From: an uncultured Chthonomonadaceae bacterium
GTDB taxonomy: Bacteria > Armatimonadota > Chthonomonadetes > Chthonomonadales > Chthonomonadaceae
Assembly (NCBI GenBank): GCA_963835065.1
Contig: CAWIEK010000015.1
Location: forward strand, 87,053 to 151,052
Reading direction: 5' to 3'
DNA length: 64,000 nucleotides
Shown in pieces: positions 30,152 through 42,200 of this stretch. Numbering within the stretch: position 1 is the first letter of the stretch; each line of letters opens with the position of its first letter. Under the pieces are notes generated by a model. The model searched no databases. It saw nothing but the letters and a program-made list of their open reading frames with translations, and was not told the origin of the DNA. A program made the position numbers and the translations under genes.

Positions 30152-31657
30152 TTAGATAATTTGGCTGATGGGCGGCGTGTATTCCACGCCGACAAGTTTT
30201 TGGTTTAAGCCGCCGTAGAAGTAGGAAAGGCGGTTGGGGTCTACGCCCATTTGCTGCAAGATGGTGGCGTGAAGGTGTTTCACTTTGAACGGGTCTTCCA
30301 CCGCCGCGCTGCCCAACTCGTCCGTTTGGCCGACGGAAACGCCGCCCTTGACGCCGCCGCCCGCCATCCACATCGTAAACCCGTAGGCGTTGTGGTCGCG
30401 GCCCGTGCCTTCCGCGTATTCGGCGGTTGGCTGGCGTCCGAACTCCCCGCCCCACACAATCAGCGTACTGTCGAGCAGGCCGCGTTGTTTCAGGTCTTTG
30501 AGCAGGCCGGCAATCGGCTTGTCGGTTTCGCCCGCGTGAAGGGTATGGTTGACAACAAGATCGTTGTGCGCGTCCCATGTCGAATCCACATGGTTGCCGC
30601 CCGAATACAGTTGGATGAACCGGACGCCCCGCTCTACCATCCGCCGCGCCATCAGGCACTGCCGCCCGAACACCGCCGATTTCTTGTCGTTCAGCCCGTA
30701 GAGTTCCTTGATGTATTCCGGCTCCGCATTGATGTCTACGGCTTCGGGCGCAGCCGCCTGCATCCGGTACGCGAGTTCGTAACTGGCAATCCGCGCGGCA
30801 AGGTTGGAGTTGTCGGCGTGAAGCGCTTCGTGTTCCTGATTGTAATCGTGCAGCGTGTCCAAAATTTCGCGCTGCGCCCCATCCGTTTGTCCCTGCGGGC
30901 GCTTCAGGTCAAGAATGGGCGTTGCGCCCGCATTCATAACCGTTGCCTGATAGCTGGCAGGCATGTAGCCGCTGCTCCAGTTTTTCGCGCCGGAAATCGG
31001 TCCGCCGCGCGGATCGAGCATCACGACAAAACCCGGCAAGTTCTGGTTCAGGGTTCCCAATCCATAGTTGACCCACGATCCGATGCACGGGCTGCCCGAC
31101 AGAATTTTGCCCGAATTCATTTGCAGCATGGCCGAGCCATGAATGGGCGAGTCGGCGGTCATAGAGTGCAGGAACGCAATGTCATCCACGCACGTCGCCA
31201 GATTGGGGAACAGATCGGAAACGTACTTGCCGCACTGCCCATACTGTTTGAACTTCCAGCGCGGCTCCACAATCCGCCCCTGATTTTTGTGCCCGCCCCG
31301 CCCAAACGTCTTGATCTGGATGGTTTTGCCGTCCATGCCGTACATCGTGGGCTTATAATCGAACGTGTCAATCTGGCTCGGCCCGCCATACATATACAGG
31401 AAAATCACGCTTTTGGCTTTCGCCGGAAACATGGAGGGCTTAGGAGATAGCGGGTTGAGGGGAGTCGGTGTTCGGTGTTCGGTGTTCGGTATTCGGGAAG
31501 ATTTGGCGTCGGCGCGGGCAGAGGGCGCAAAAAAGCCGTCGGCGGACAGCAGGCCGGTCAGGGCGAGGCCGGTGAAGCCCGCGCCGCCTTCCCACAGAAA
31601 CTCACGGCGCGTCCGTCCGCAAAACTCGCCCGTTTTATTAGAGGATTGGTTGCTCAT
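30152..31657 (-). CDS. DUF1501 domain protein (Tat signal)
   Basis: TRREFL, AKSVIFLYMYGGPSQIDTFDYKP, WDAH, GEFGR.P, GRDHN. Confidence 0.92.
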   Translation of the reverse strand: MSNQSSNKTGEFCGRTRREFLWEGGAGFTGLALTGLLSADGFFAPSARADAKSSRIPNTEHRTPTPLNPLSPKPSMFPAKAKSVIFLYMYGGPSQIDTFDYKPTMYGMDGKTIQIKTFGRGGHKNQGRIVEPRWKFKQYGQCGKYVSDLFPNLATCVDDIAFLHSMTADSPIHGSAMLQMNSGKILSGSPCIGSWVNYGLGTLNQNLPGFVVMLDPRGGPISGAKNWSSGYMPASYQATVMNAGATPILDLKRPQGQTDGAQREILDTLHDYNQEHEALHADNSNLAARIASYELAYRMQAAAPEAVDINAEPEYIKELYGLNDKKSAVFGRQCLMARRMVERGVRFIQLYSGGNHVDSTWDAHNDLVVNHTLHAGETDKPIAGLLKDLKQRGLLDSTLIVWGGEFGRQPTAEYAEGTGRDHNAYGFTMWMAGGGVKGGVSVGQTDELGSAAVEDPFKVKHLHATILQQMGVDPNRLSYFYGGLNQKLVGVEYTPPISQII

Positions 31658-31674
31658 GGTGTGCGTGTTTTTCT

Positions 31675-32968
31675 TTACGTTGTCGGGATAAGGCGAACGG
31701 CAAGCGTGGCGGGCTTGCACAGGTCGCGCAGTTTGGTTTCAAGAATTGCCCGTTCCGGTTCGATGGCGGCGCGATTGGTTTTGTGATAGGGCGCGTAGCC
31801 CAAACTATGCCATTGCTGCACAAGCGGCAAAATCATTCGGCTTTGCGTGACGCTTGGACTGTCGGGCAGGGCGTTCATATCCAGCCCATCTTTAAGCTGC
31901 TTGGGCAGGAAGCGTCCGCAGTTTACGTCATTGATATAGACATTATAAGCGGGCAGGCGCAGGCGCGTCACGTGCAGCGTGTGCTTGTTCAGCGCGGGCG
32001 CGAACTTTTCCAGCGCGAGTGAATCGCCATCCCAATTGGGATCAGTAGGCATCGGCAGGCGCGTTGTCCAGTTGAAATTGGTTCCCGACACGTCTACCGA
32101 CAGGCGGCTAACATTGCCCGACAGCACCGTATTGCCCTGCGAGTCAATATGCGCTTCGTCCACGAATGCGGGCGCGTTCCACGACTGGAGCAGCGTCATG
32201 GCAATCAGCAAATGCCCGGTTGCGTCGGGGTGAATGGCATCGCCCTGCATACGGAAATTCGGGGCCGTTTTGCGCCGCGTTTGAATATGGTTCTTCATGC
32301 GCGTATGCAAATCCACGACTGTCACGCCGTTGAGGCGCAGGCCGCGCTCCCATTCCGCGTACTTCGCCAACACCTGATCGTAATCGGCAAACGGCTGTTT
32401 GTATCCGTAAGCCTCGTCCGGGCGCTCATCGGGCTGTCCTGCGTTTAGTGTATCACAAACCGGCGGCGTCAGCAGGACAAGCCGCGCTTTCGTCTGCGTC
32501 GTGCAGGCGGTCAATCAAGCCCTGTACGCCCCGCTTGAAACGGTCAAAGCGCTCCGCGCCGAGGGGATGATAAATGCCGTCGTTCATGCCATAGCAGGCG
32601 ACGACAACGTTCGGATCGTAATCCGCCACGTCGCGGGCAAAGCGCTCAAACAAAAGGGGGCGCGGGCCGGGATGATCCGCTTCCGTCATGCCCGCGAGGG
32701 TTTCACTGCTGCGCCCCGAATTGATCAGCCGAAACGACTTTTCCGGGAAGCGCGTTCGCAGATAAGCGTCAACGTAGTGGATATACCCGCCCGCCTGCGT
32801 GATGCTATCCCCGACAAACACAACTGTATCGCCGTCCGCAAGCCCAAAATTACGCCCCCGGTTGTCGTCACCCGAAACATCCGCGTGAGCTGCTAACACG
32901 GATAGATTACTTGCCGTGAGCAAGGCTGCCGCTCCATTGCCGATTAGTTGTCGTCTGGTGTATGGCAT
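31675..32968 (-). CDS. SGNH/GDSL hydrolase with Tat-like signal (frameshift near 32500)
   Basis: TRRQL, FVGDSIT, YGMNDG, DAIHP. Confidence 0.85.
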
Positions 32969-32982
32969 TGTTTTTCCTGCTG

Positions 32983-35697
32983 CTAATCCAAATACAAAAA
33001 CTCGTTCAAGTTCAACGCTACGATGCAGTACGCCCGCAGCGCCTCATCCGCCGTGTAATGGTGCTTGGTCTGCATGGCTTGCAGGAAATTGCAGCCGCGC
33101 ATCACTTCCTTCTGGTTGGGTTCGCGCTGAAGGACACGGCGGAGTGTCAATGTCACCTGCTTTGCCGGTTCGCTGCCTGCTTGTTTCTTCACGAAATCGG
33201 CAAATACCTGCGCCTGCTCGTTAATAAACGCGCTGTTGAGCAAACCCAATGCCTGCGTGGGCTGCGTGGTGGCGAAGCGAACGGGGCACGTCGAATCGGT
33301 ATCCGCCGCGTCGAAACTGGCGAGAATGGGAACCGTCAGCGAACGCTTGATGTGAATGTAAATGCTGCGCCGCGCCTTGTCTTCCGGCGTGGACATTTCC
33401 CAATCCGCGCCCGGACGCGACTGCCCCGCCAGCACTTCAGGGGGAATAGTCGGATAAATGCTCGGCCCGTACATTTTCGGATTCAAACTGCCGTTCGCGG
33501 CCAGAATTGAATCGCGCACCTCTTCCGCATCCAGCCGCCGCATATCGAACCGCCACAGCAAATCATTGGCCGGGTCCTGCGCCAGCGCTTTCGGGTTCGC
33601 CTCCGAAGACATCCGGTACGCGCTCGACATCAGCATCAGCTTGTGCAGTTTCTTGAAAGACCAACCGCAGGCAAAGGAGTTGATAGTTGATAGTTGATGA
33701 GTTGATAGGGGCGATTTCTTCATTATTCCCTCTTTCCCTTTTCCCTTTTTCCTCCGCAACGAAGTGGCTCGCCAGCCAGTCCAGCAGTTCGGGGTGCGTG
33801 GGCTTGTCGCCGGCGAAGCCGAAGTTGGAGGTGGAGCGGACAAGGCCGCGTCCGAAATGGTGCTGCCACAGGCGGTTGACGATCACGCGGGCGGTGAGCG
33901 GATTGGACGGACTGGCAATCCAATCGGCGAGGGCGAGACGACGCCCGGAAGAGGGGATACCGGCTGCGGGCGCGTGAATGTCGGGCGCAGGTGGGGCCAG
34001 CACGGACGGAAAACCGGGCGTCACCGGATCGCCGGGAACGTGCGGGTTGCCGCGCAGCATTATTGTCGTTGGCGGAATGACTGGCGTTTCGGTCACGCAG
34101 AGAGCTTTTTCTAAGGTGGGCGGCGGCGATTTCAGCAAGGCATCCTGCTGCTTCATCAGGTCGGCGTACTGATTGTACTGTTCCTGCGACAGCAGTTTGG
34201 GTACGCGCTTCTTCAGAATGGCAAGCTGCGCCTGCTTGTTGCGGAACTCTTCTTTTTCCACGGGCGCAAAATCTTTATCCACCAGTCTCACGATGTTGGT
34301 CATCTGCTGCCGGGTCGTGTCCAATTTGAGACGATAGGCGTTTTCTTCCCCGAACACGCGCTGACGATCTTCCGGCGTACCCAACACGCGCAGGGAGTTT
34401 TGTTCGGGCGAATGTCCATTCCCGCCGTAACGGGTTGTACCCTGAAAAAAGGCGACGAGGCGGTAATAATCCTTCTGCGGAATGGGGTCTATTTTATGGT
34501 CGTGGCAGCGGGCGCAGTTTACGGTCAGGCCGAGAAACACCTGCCCCGTTGTCGCCACCACATCGTCCAGTTCATCGTAACGCGCCTGTTCGGGGTCGGA
34601 CGGCTCATCGTCCCACGAACCCAAACGGTAATAGCCTGTGGCAATCAGCGCGTCATTGCCGGCAGACGGCAGTTCGTCGCCTGCAAGCTGTTCCCGGATA
34701 AACTGATTGTACGGCTTGTCCGCGTTCAAGGCCCGGATTACGTAATCCCGATAGCGCCACACGAACGGCTTGGGGCTGTCGCGCTCGAAGCTGTTGGTTT
34801 CCGCGTAGCGCACCAAGTCCAGCCAGTGCCGCGCCCACTTTTCGCCATACTGCGGACTGGCGAGCAGTCGGTCCACCACTTTTTCATAGGCGTTGGGCGA
34901 TTTGTCCGCCAGAAACGCCCGCGTTTCTTCGGCAGTCGGCGGCAGGCCAATCAGATCGTAGGTGACGCGGCGCAGCAGCGCGTTTTTACTCGCAGGCGGC
35001 GCGGGCATATACCCGTTCTTTTCCAGTTTGGAAAGGACAAAAGCGTCAATCGGGTTCGTCACCCACGCTTTATTTTTGACAGGCGGCACAACAGGGCACT
35101 TCACCGGCTGAAACGACCAGAACTTCATGGTTTCGGCGTTGACGGGCGGCGGGCCGTGCTTGGCGGGAGCGGCATCGGTTTTGCCGTTTGCAGCGTCCGC
35201 TTTGCCGCTTGTTCCACTTCCGGCCTTGCCGGGTGTGGCTGTTCCGTTCTTACTCGTTTTCGGCGCGTCTGTCATGGGCAAGCCCATTTCAACCCACTTC
35301 GTCAGGGTATCAATCTGCGCTTTCGACAGCCTGCTGCGCGGCGGCATGGAGCGCCCATCGCCCTTGACGGCGCGTAAAATCAGGCTTTCCTGCGGCTTCT
35401 CCAAATTCACGCCCGGCCCGGAACTGCCGCCCTTCAGAATAGAAGCGCGAGTTGACAATTCCAGTTGCCCGCTCGAACCTTCGCCTTCGTGACAACTGTA
35501 GCAGGTTGTTTTGAGGATCGGCAAAACCTGCGCCGTGTAAAACTCCAGATTGGACTTTTGCTTGTCGCTTTGCTTATCACTTTTGCCTGCGGGGTGGGCG
35601 CGGCAGGCGTTTGCGCGAAGGCAACGGTCAGCCCTGCTGCCAGCGTGGGAAGCGTGAGAAGAAGCGCCAATTTAGTATTGAAAAGCCTGTTTGTCAT
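32983..35697 (-). CDS. planctomycete cytochrome c plus DUF1549/DUF1553 (PSD1) protein (frameshifts near 33730 and 35550)
   Basis: [50 protein letters not shown]. Confidence 0.9.
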
Positions 35698-35744
35698 CAG
35701 ATAACTTTCACGTTTTCGCCGAGCTGACTTCTCGTTCCCATTGC

Positions 35745-35872
35745 GGCGACGGGCTGAACCCCTTCGCTGTATGGCCTGCGGCCCAGTGTTCGGACACATT
35801 CTCTATACGAGGGTTTCTGTCCGAAGGACAGTTGGTGGAACGCCATACAGCGAAGGGGTTCAGCCCGTCGCC
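35745..35872. repeat. REP doublet (REPIN-like), 31-bp perfect inverted repeat
   Basis: GGCGACGGGCTGAACCCCTTCGCTGTATGGC ... GCCATACAGCGAAGGGGTTCAGCCCGTCGCC; each arm is self-complementary. Confidence 0.85.
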
Positions 35873-35904
35873 AATCGAAAATCGGAAATCGGAATCATCA
35901 ACTC

Positions 35905-37072
35905 TCAACCCATATCCGGCACAACAGCATCGGTTAAATGATTGATAATGGCGGCCACAGCGCCCTGCCGCTTGCTGCCCTGCGCCTGCACAATACGGCA
36001 ATCGGCAAATGCGGGGGGCAGGGCGCGGCGTCGGGTTTCGTCAATCAGGCAGGAGAACAAATTCGCGTCCGCCGCAAACAATTTGCCATGCACGAACAGC
36101 GTGGACGGATTGAACAGGTTGAGAACCGCCGCCACGCCAACCGCAAGATAGCGGCACGTTTGCTGCAATTCCGCGCGCAGGTCGAAGTCGCCGGACTGAA
36201 TCAGGGCAATGGTCTGCTTCCACCGTGATTTTGCGCCCTAACTTTTGCCCCACCAGCCACGCGAGAGCCGCATCGCTGGCAACGGTTTCCAGACAGCCCC
36301 GGTTGCCGCACCCGCACGGCCTGCCGTCCATCTGTACCGTGACGTGTCCGAGTTCCCCGGCAAGCCCGCTATGCCCGGTCAATAATCTGCCGCCGCTCAT
36401 CACGCCAAGTCCGATGCCCGTGCTGACATCCAGCATGGCAAAATTGTCCAGCCCCCGCGCCGCGCCGAAATGCCGCTCCGCAAGGCAAAGCGCATGGGAC
36501 TCCTGCACCAGTATACATTCAATTCCTAAATGGCGGGACAGGGCTTCTCCGGGCGCGCGTTCATTGGTAATGGGAACGTTGGGAGAAAGCAGGCTACGGT
36601 TCTGGCGATTGTCCAGCAGGCCGGGAATACTGACTGCCATGCCCAATGTTGCCACATCCGCGCGCTGCATCAGGCGCCTGGCATAGTAAACGGACGTTTT
36701 AATCAGGGCGTCATACGTGGCGGGCGTGGGAAACGATTCGACGCAGCCGTCATGCAGTTTGCCGTCCAGCCCGGCGCAAACCACGCGGCATTGTTCCGCG
36801 TCAATCACCAATCCCAACACCTGAACGCGCGAACTGGCAAGCTGTAACTTTTTGCCCGGACGCCCCCGCGCCAGTTCCGGCGCGTCGCCTTCTTCCACCA
36901 GCCCCGAACGCAGCAGCGACTCAACAGCTTTGGAAGCGGTCGGGGCGCTGATGCCCGAATGACGCGCAACCTCAGCCCGCGACAATGGCCCCTGCGCCTG
37001 CAAAGCGCGAAGCACCTGCCGCTCGTTGATTTTGCTCAATAGCGCGGGTTGTACGACGGATAGACTGCTCAT
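35905..37072 (-). CDS. ROK family transcriptional regulator (frameshift near 36220)
   Basis: HTH LSRAEVAR, GELGH, CGCGNRGCLE. Confidence 0.9.
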
Positions 37073-37078
37073 AGAAGG

Positions 37079-37107
37079 ATTATACAAACCTTCAGGCTGT
37101 TTGTCAA
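37079..37107 (-). promoter_or_regulatory. consensus sigma70 promoter, probably leaderless ROK transcript
   Basis: TTGACA-17 bp-TATAAT, then 6 nt, then ATG at 37072. Confidence 0.75.
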
Positions 37108-37665
37108 GACTGTTTAATAAAGAATCTTTAGAAAATTTCTGTTCCGGTTTGTACGACTGTACGGCAGTGAGAAAATCTAAGTGGGAAAAAGAGTATGTAG
37201 AGTCATCGTCGAAATCTTGGCAATACAGCGCTTCCAGCCCGATGTCTCATTGTGTCTGGTTGTAGGAGGAGGCGTCGTGGCCTCGAAAGCGTCAGGGCGG
37301 GCGGGAAGAGTTTACAGGCATCTTCTTGCGCCTCCTTTCCTGAGTTGATAGTTGATAGTTGGTAGTTGATAGGAACTGCGAACGTTCCGCCTTTCTTTGC
37401 GAATAGTAGACACTTGTACTTTTTAGACAGGGTATGTGGGGCAAAAGGTTCGCTTTTCTTCGCGTTATTTTGATCTTTTTTCTGTTTCTTTTTTGCGGGA
37501 TTGTTGCTTGGGCTGTGTGGAGAGAATGGGGAGGGGTTTGCTGAGTATTCGTAACTGTTTTGCTTCCCGCTGCCTGGGAAAAGAGGAATCAGAAAAATGA
37601 ATGGCGAACCATTGAGCAATCCGACGCTTACCGCCCGACCAAAATTAGAAAGTTTACTGAGCCAG

Positions 37666-40158
37666 ATGCTTTTAACGGACTACCACGCGAAATACTTTGC
37701 GTATGACCTTACCAAACGCTTTCCTTCGAGTAGTATGGAGAAACTTGCGGGCGCGGTGGCGAGCGCGCAGGTTGACCTCAACCCGCATCAGGTGGATGCT
37801 GCCCTGTTTGCCTTCCATTCTCCTTTGTCACGCGGGGCGCTGCTTGCGGATGAGGTCGGCTTGGGGAAAACCATTGAAGCGGGCCTGGTAATTTCGCAGC
37901 AGTGGGCCGAGCGCAAGCGGCGCATTTTGGTTATCACGCCTGCCAACCTCCGTAAGCAGTGGCATCAGGAATTGCGCGAGAAGTTCTTTTTGCCGTGTAT
38001 GATTCTCGCATCTCGTTCTTATAATCAGGCCATCAAGCAGGGCAGTTTTCGGCCTTTTGAGACGGAAGCGGCGGTGGTTATCTGTTCTTATCAGTTTGCC
38101 CGCAGCAAAGCGTCCGATGTTCATGCTGTAGGCTGGGATTTGGTTGTAATTGATGAGGCGCACCGCCTGCGCAATGTTTATAAGCCCTCCAATGTCATTG
38201 CCAACACGCTCAAAAACGCCCTTGCGCATACGCGCAAACTCTTGCTGACAGCGACGCCGCTGCAAAACTCTCTGCTCGAACTCTACGGGCTGGTGAGTTT
38301 CATTGACGAACAGACGTTTGGGGATGTGAAGAGCTTCCGCGAACAGTTTGCCAGTCTCAATCAGGAGCAGGTGTTCCAGATGCTGAAGGATCGCCTGCGC
38401 CCGATCTGCCACCGTACCCTGCGGCGGCAAGTGACCGCGTATGTTCCTTATACCAAACGCCTTCCGATTGTGGAAGAGTTCACGCCGGAAGAGGGGGAAG
38501 ACCGTCTTTTCAGCCTGGTTTCCGTTATTTGCTGCGGGAAAATCTTCAGGCGCTTCCTTCAGGGCAGCGTTCGCTGATGACGCTTGTGCTGCGCAAATTG
38601 CTGGCGTCCTCCACATTCGCTATTGCCGGGGCGCAGGAAACAATTTCTCATCGGCTGAAAGCGAAACTACAGCAACAGACAGAGGGGCCGTCGCTGGAAG
38701 AGGAACTCACTTCGGATTATGAGGCGCTGGATACGACGGCGGAAGAATGGCCGGAAGAAGAAACCGATCCGCTTTCTCCTGCCGACCTTGCCGCCCTGCA
38801 AAATGAAATCGTTGACCTGGATACGTTTGCCGCGCTTGCACTTCCATTGAACACAACGGGTGTCGTGAACTATGACCTGGCCTGGAACCCGAGCGATCGA
38901 GCAGTTGGCAGGTGTCACCGCTACGGGTAGAAGCATGAGTCGTGGTCGTCAATTTCCTCAACGCAAGAACGAGGCGGACAAGCGCGTGTTTGAACTGCTG
39001 TCCGAAAAATTTCAATTATTCGAGGGCGTGTTCGGGGCCAGTGACGAGGTATTGGGAGCGATTGAATCGGGCGTGGATTTCGAGAAGCGCATTGCCGACA
39101 TTTATCAGCGCTGCCGCCAGACGGAAGAGATCAAGGCCGCGTTCGATCAATTGCAACTGGAACTCAGCCTGGAAATCAACGAGGCTATGACGCGCACCCG
39201 AAAGCAATTGCTGGAAAACTTTGATGATGAAGTACGGGAAAAGCTGCGCGTCCGCGATGAAGACGCCAAAGCGTATTTGAACCGCTACGAAAGCCTGCTG
39301 ATGCAATTAACGCGGCACGAATTGGACGGCTGCGCCGAATTCCGGGGCGAGTCGGCGTTTCGGCTGCTGTCACATCCGTTTGAAATGGCGCAGGATACCG
39401 CTCCGACCGGGTTGTATGAACTGCCGCGTCGTTCGGGCGAGGCGCACCTGTACCGTTTGAATCATCCACTTGCAGAGGCGATTCTGGCGCGGGCCAAAGG
39501 GCGCGATCTGCCGCCCGCAGAAGTCTGTTTCCGCTACGGCGACCACGAGGGCCGCGTGAGCATTTTGCAGCCGTACATCGGAACGGGCGGCTGGCTTATG
39601 CTGTCACAGTTCAGCGTGGCCGCACTGGATCAAGCCGAAGATCATCTGCTGTTTGCCGCCGTTACGGAGGGGGGCGAGATGCTGGAGCATGACACGGCCT
39701 GCCGCCTATTGACCCTGCCGGGAAATGTGGGGCAGCCCGCGTTACCGTCTGCGGAAATGTCACACAAAATGGAATCGCATACGCGGAAGCGGCAACAGGA
39801 GATTCAGCGCGACATTTCCGAGCGCAACGCCCGGTTCTTTGCTGAGGAAGCCGACAAACTGGATGGGTGGGCCGAAGACCTGAAAGTGGGATTGGAGCGC
39901 GAACTGCGGGAAATGGATCGGCAGATCAAGGAAGCCCGCCGCGCCGCAACTCTGGCCCTGACGCTGGAAGAAAAACTCAACGGCCAAAAGCAAATCAAGG
40001 CGCTGGAGTCGCTGCGTAACCAGAAACGCCGCTCACTCTTTGACGCGCAGGATCAGGTAGACAGGCAAAGGGAAGAGTTAATCGCGCAGGTTGAGGGTAA
40101 ACTAAAACAGACAAGCGACCTGCAAACCCTGTTTACCATTCGCTGGCAACTGGCTTGA
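37666..40158 (+). CDS. SNF2-family helicase, disrupted (frameshifts and an apparent internal deletion)
   Basis: PHQ, LADEVGLGKT, DEAH, LTATPLQN, VVNYDLAWNP, GRCHRYG, C-terminal coiled coil. Confidence 0.85.
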
Positions 40159-40201
40159 AGTTGCAAACGCCTCCTATCAGTATGCCGTACAGAAAAACAC
40201 T

Positions 40202-41616
40202 ATGAAACTGGAAATAGAAAATCTTGGAGCGCTTTCTGTCGGCAAATTGGACCTTGCGGATTTGACGGTGATTTGCGGGGAAAACAACACGGGGAAAACG
40301 TATCTCACGTATACGCTTTATGGCCTGCTCAAAACATGGAGTACCTTTCTCAAACTGCCTGACTTCGATTTGCAGCCGTTGCGTGAAAGCGGGCTTATGG
40401 AAATCAATCTCGCTAATCGCGTGATTGCCCATGCGCCCCAAATACTTCAGCAGGCAGTGGAAGATTATTGTGTGAACCTTTACCGCGTTCTGGCGGCGCA
40501 AACCAATCGCTTTGATAGTACCAAACTTCGCATTGAATTGAACTTCAAAGATGTGCTTTTGCCGGAGTATAAAAGAGAGTTTACAACGGATCGCAGTCGG
40601 CGCATTATTTCTTTTGTAAAGCGAGCAGACAGCCCAATTTTGAGCATCAGCGCCGTGACAACGGAAGTAGGCAGCGATCCCGTTTCAAGATTTCGCTACC
40701 AGCCAATAATCGAACGGGTTATCAAGGAAATTTGTTTCAGCCCGGTATTGCCGGAACCATTCATTGTCAGTACCGAGCGGACAGGGGCGGTCACATTTCA
40801 AAGCGAATTGAACCTGTCGAGAAATCGCCTGTTCGATCTGGCGCGTGAAGTCACCGGCGCAAACGCCCCGGAACCGAGCCGATTGATAAATGATGTTTAG
40901 GCGGCGGCTATCCGATGCCGGTCAAGGACAATGTGGACTTTATCAATACTCTTGCCAGTGTACAGGATCAGACGAGTAAATTGATTGAGGAACACCCGGA
41001 CATTCTCAACGACTTTGAAACGCTTATCGGCGGCACGTATAAACTTCAGAGTGAGACGCTGCATTATATTCCGAAAGGGACGCGGGGAGTGCGCTTGCGC
41101 ATGGGAGAGAGTTCCAGCGCGGCGCGTTCGCTCGTGATCCTGGGCTACTACTTGCGGCATCGGGCCAAACCGGGCGATTTGCTGATGATTGATGAGCCGG
41201 AATTAAATCTACATCCGGCCAATCAACGCCGCCTCGCCCGCCTGTTGGCGCGGCTTGTCAATGCCGGAATCAGAGTTTTCGTTACGACGCATAGCGATTA
41301 CATTATCAAAGAATTCAATACGCTGATTATGCTGAACAACGCGGATGCCAATTTGGAAGCGGTACGAAAGCGGTATCACTACACCGCTGAAGACAGTCTC
41401 GCCCCGGAGCGGGTTCGGGTGTATATGCTGCGAGAAGATATGGCGCTGAAAAGCGGCAATCAGCGCAAAACAAAAGCGCGTACTTTGTGCGAAGCGCCCA
41501 TCAGCCCCACATTAGGCATTGAAGTGGCTAGTTTTGACGACACCATCGAGGAGATGAATGCCATTCAGGAGGCAATCTACTACGGCCTGAATAACGGGAG
41601 CGCGTCCGAAGAATGA
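40202..41616 (+). CDS. ABC-type AAA ATPase (AAA_15/AAA_21-like), frameshift near 40898
   Basis: Walker A GENNTGKT, Walker B/D-loop LMIDEPELNLHP, H-switch VTTHSD. Confidence 0.88.
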
Positions 41617-42200
41617 CCGTTATTGAAGCGCTGAAAACATTGTTGAGCTGCGATATGGCAGACGGCAGCAGCCTGTCTCATGTTCTCCTTGAGGAAAAAG
41701 ACCCGACTGCGAAACTCAAAAAGATTATCATTTCGGAACTCCGTCCCGGTATGCTGGCGCTGATGATAGACGAGGGGCGCAAAATCAAATGGAGTGGCAA
41801 GTCGGTAGCTGTTTGTATGTCTCCTCTGTTTACGACAACGGGCGATAATGACCACAACTGCGCCTGTGACGCCGTGCTTGTGCGTGAACTGGATGGCGCG
41901 GCGTGTGAACTCTGCTATATTGATCTGAAATCCGACAGCCCATCCGGTTACGAGGGGCAATTCGTAAGTACGCGCTGCTTTTTTCGGTACGTGCAGGAGA
42001 TTTTGCGCGAATTGTTTGCGGTGGAAATGACGATCCGTAAAGAGCGGTTCATTATTCTGCATACGGATACCAGCAATGCCCGGCCAAGCCTGGGCAAACG
42101 CAAAACACGTTTCGGCCCGTCCGCCGCAAACCGCCCCGGCGAACCCGACAAACATATCGTGCGCGACGGCGATACCGTGCGCTGCACTTCGCTATTTTAA
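41613..42200 (+). CDS. hypothetical protein with PD-(D/E)xK-like motif
   Basis: ATGA overlap with the ATPase; CDAVLV...YIDLKS. Confidence 0.7.
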   Translation: MTVIEALKTLLSCDMADGSSLSHVLLEEKDPTAKLKKIIISELRPGMLALMIDEGRKIKWSGKSVAVCMSPLFTTTGDNDHNCACDAVLVRELDGAACELCYIDLKSDSPSGYEGQFVSTRCFFRYVQEILRELFAVEMTIRKERFIILHTDTSNARPSLGKRKTRFGPSAANRPGEPDKHIVRDGDTVRCTSLF

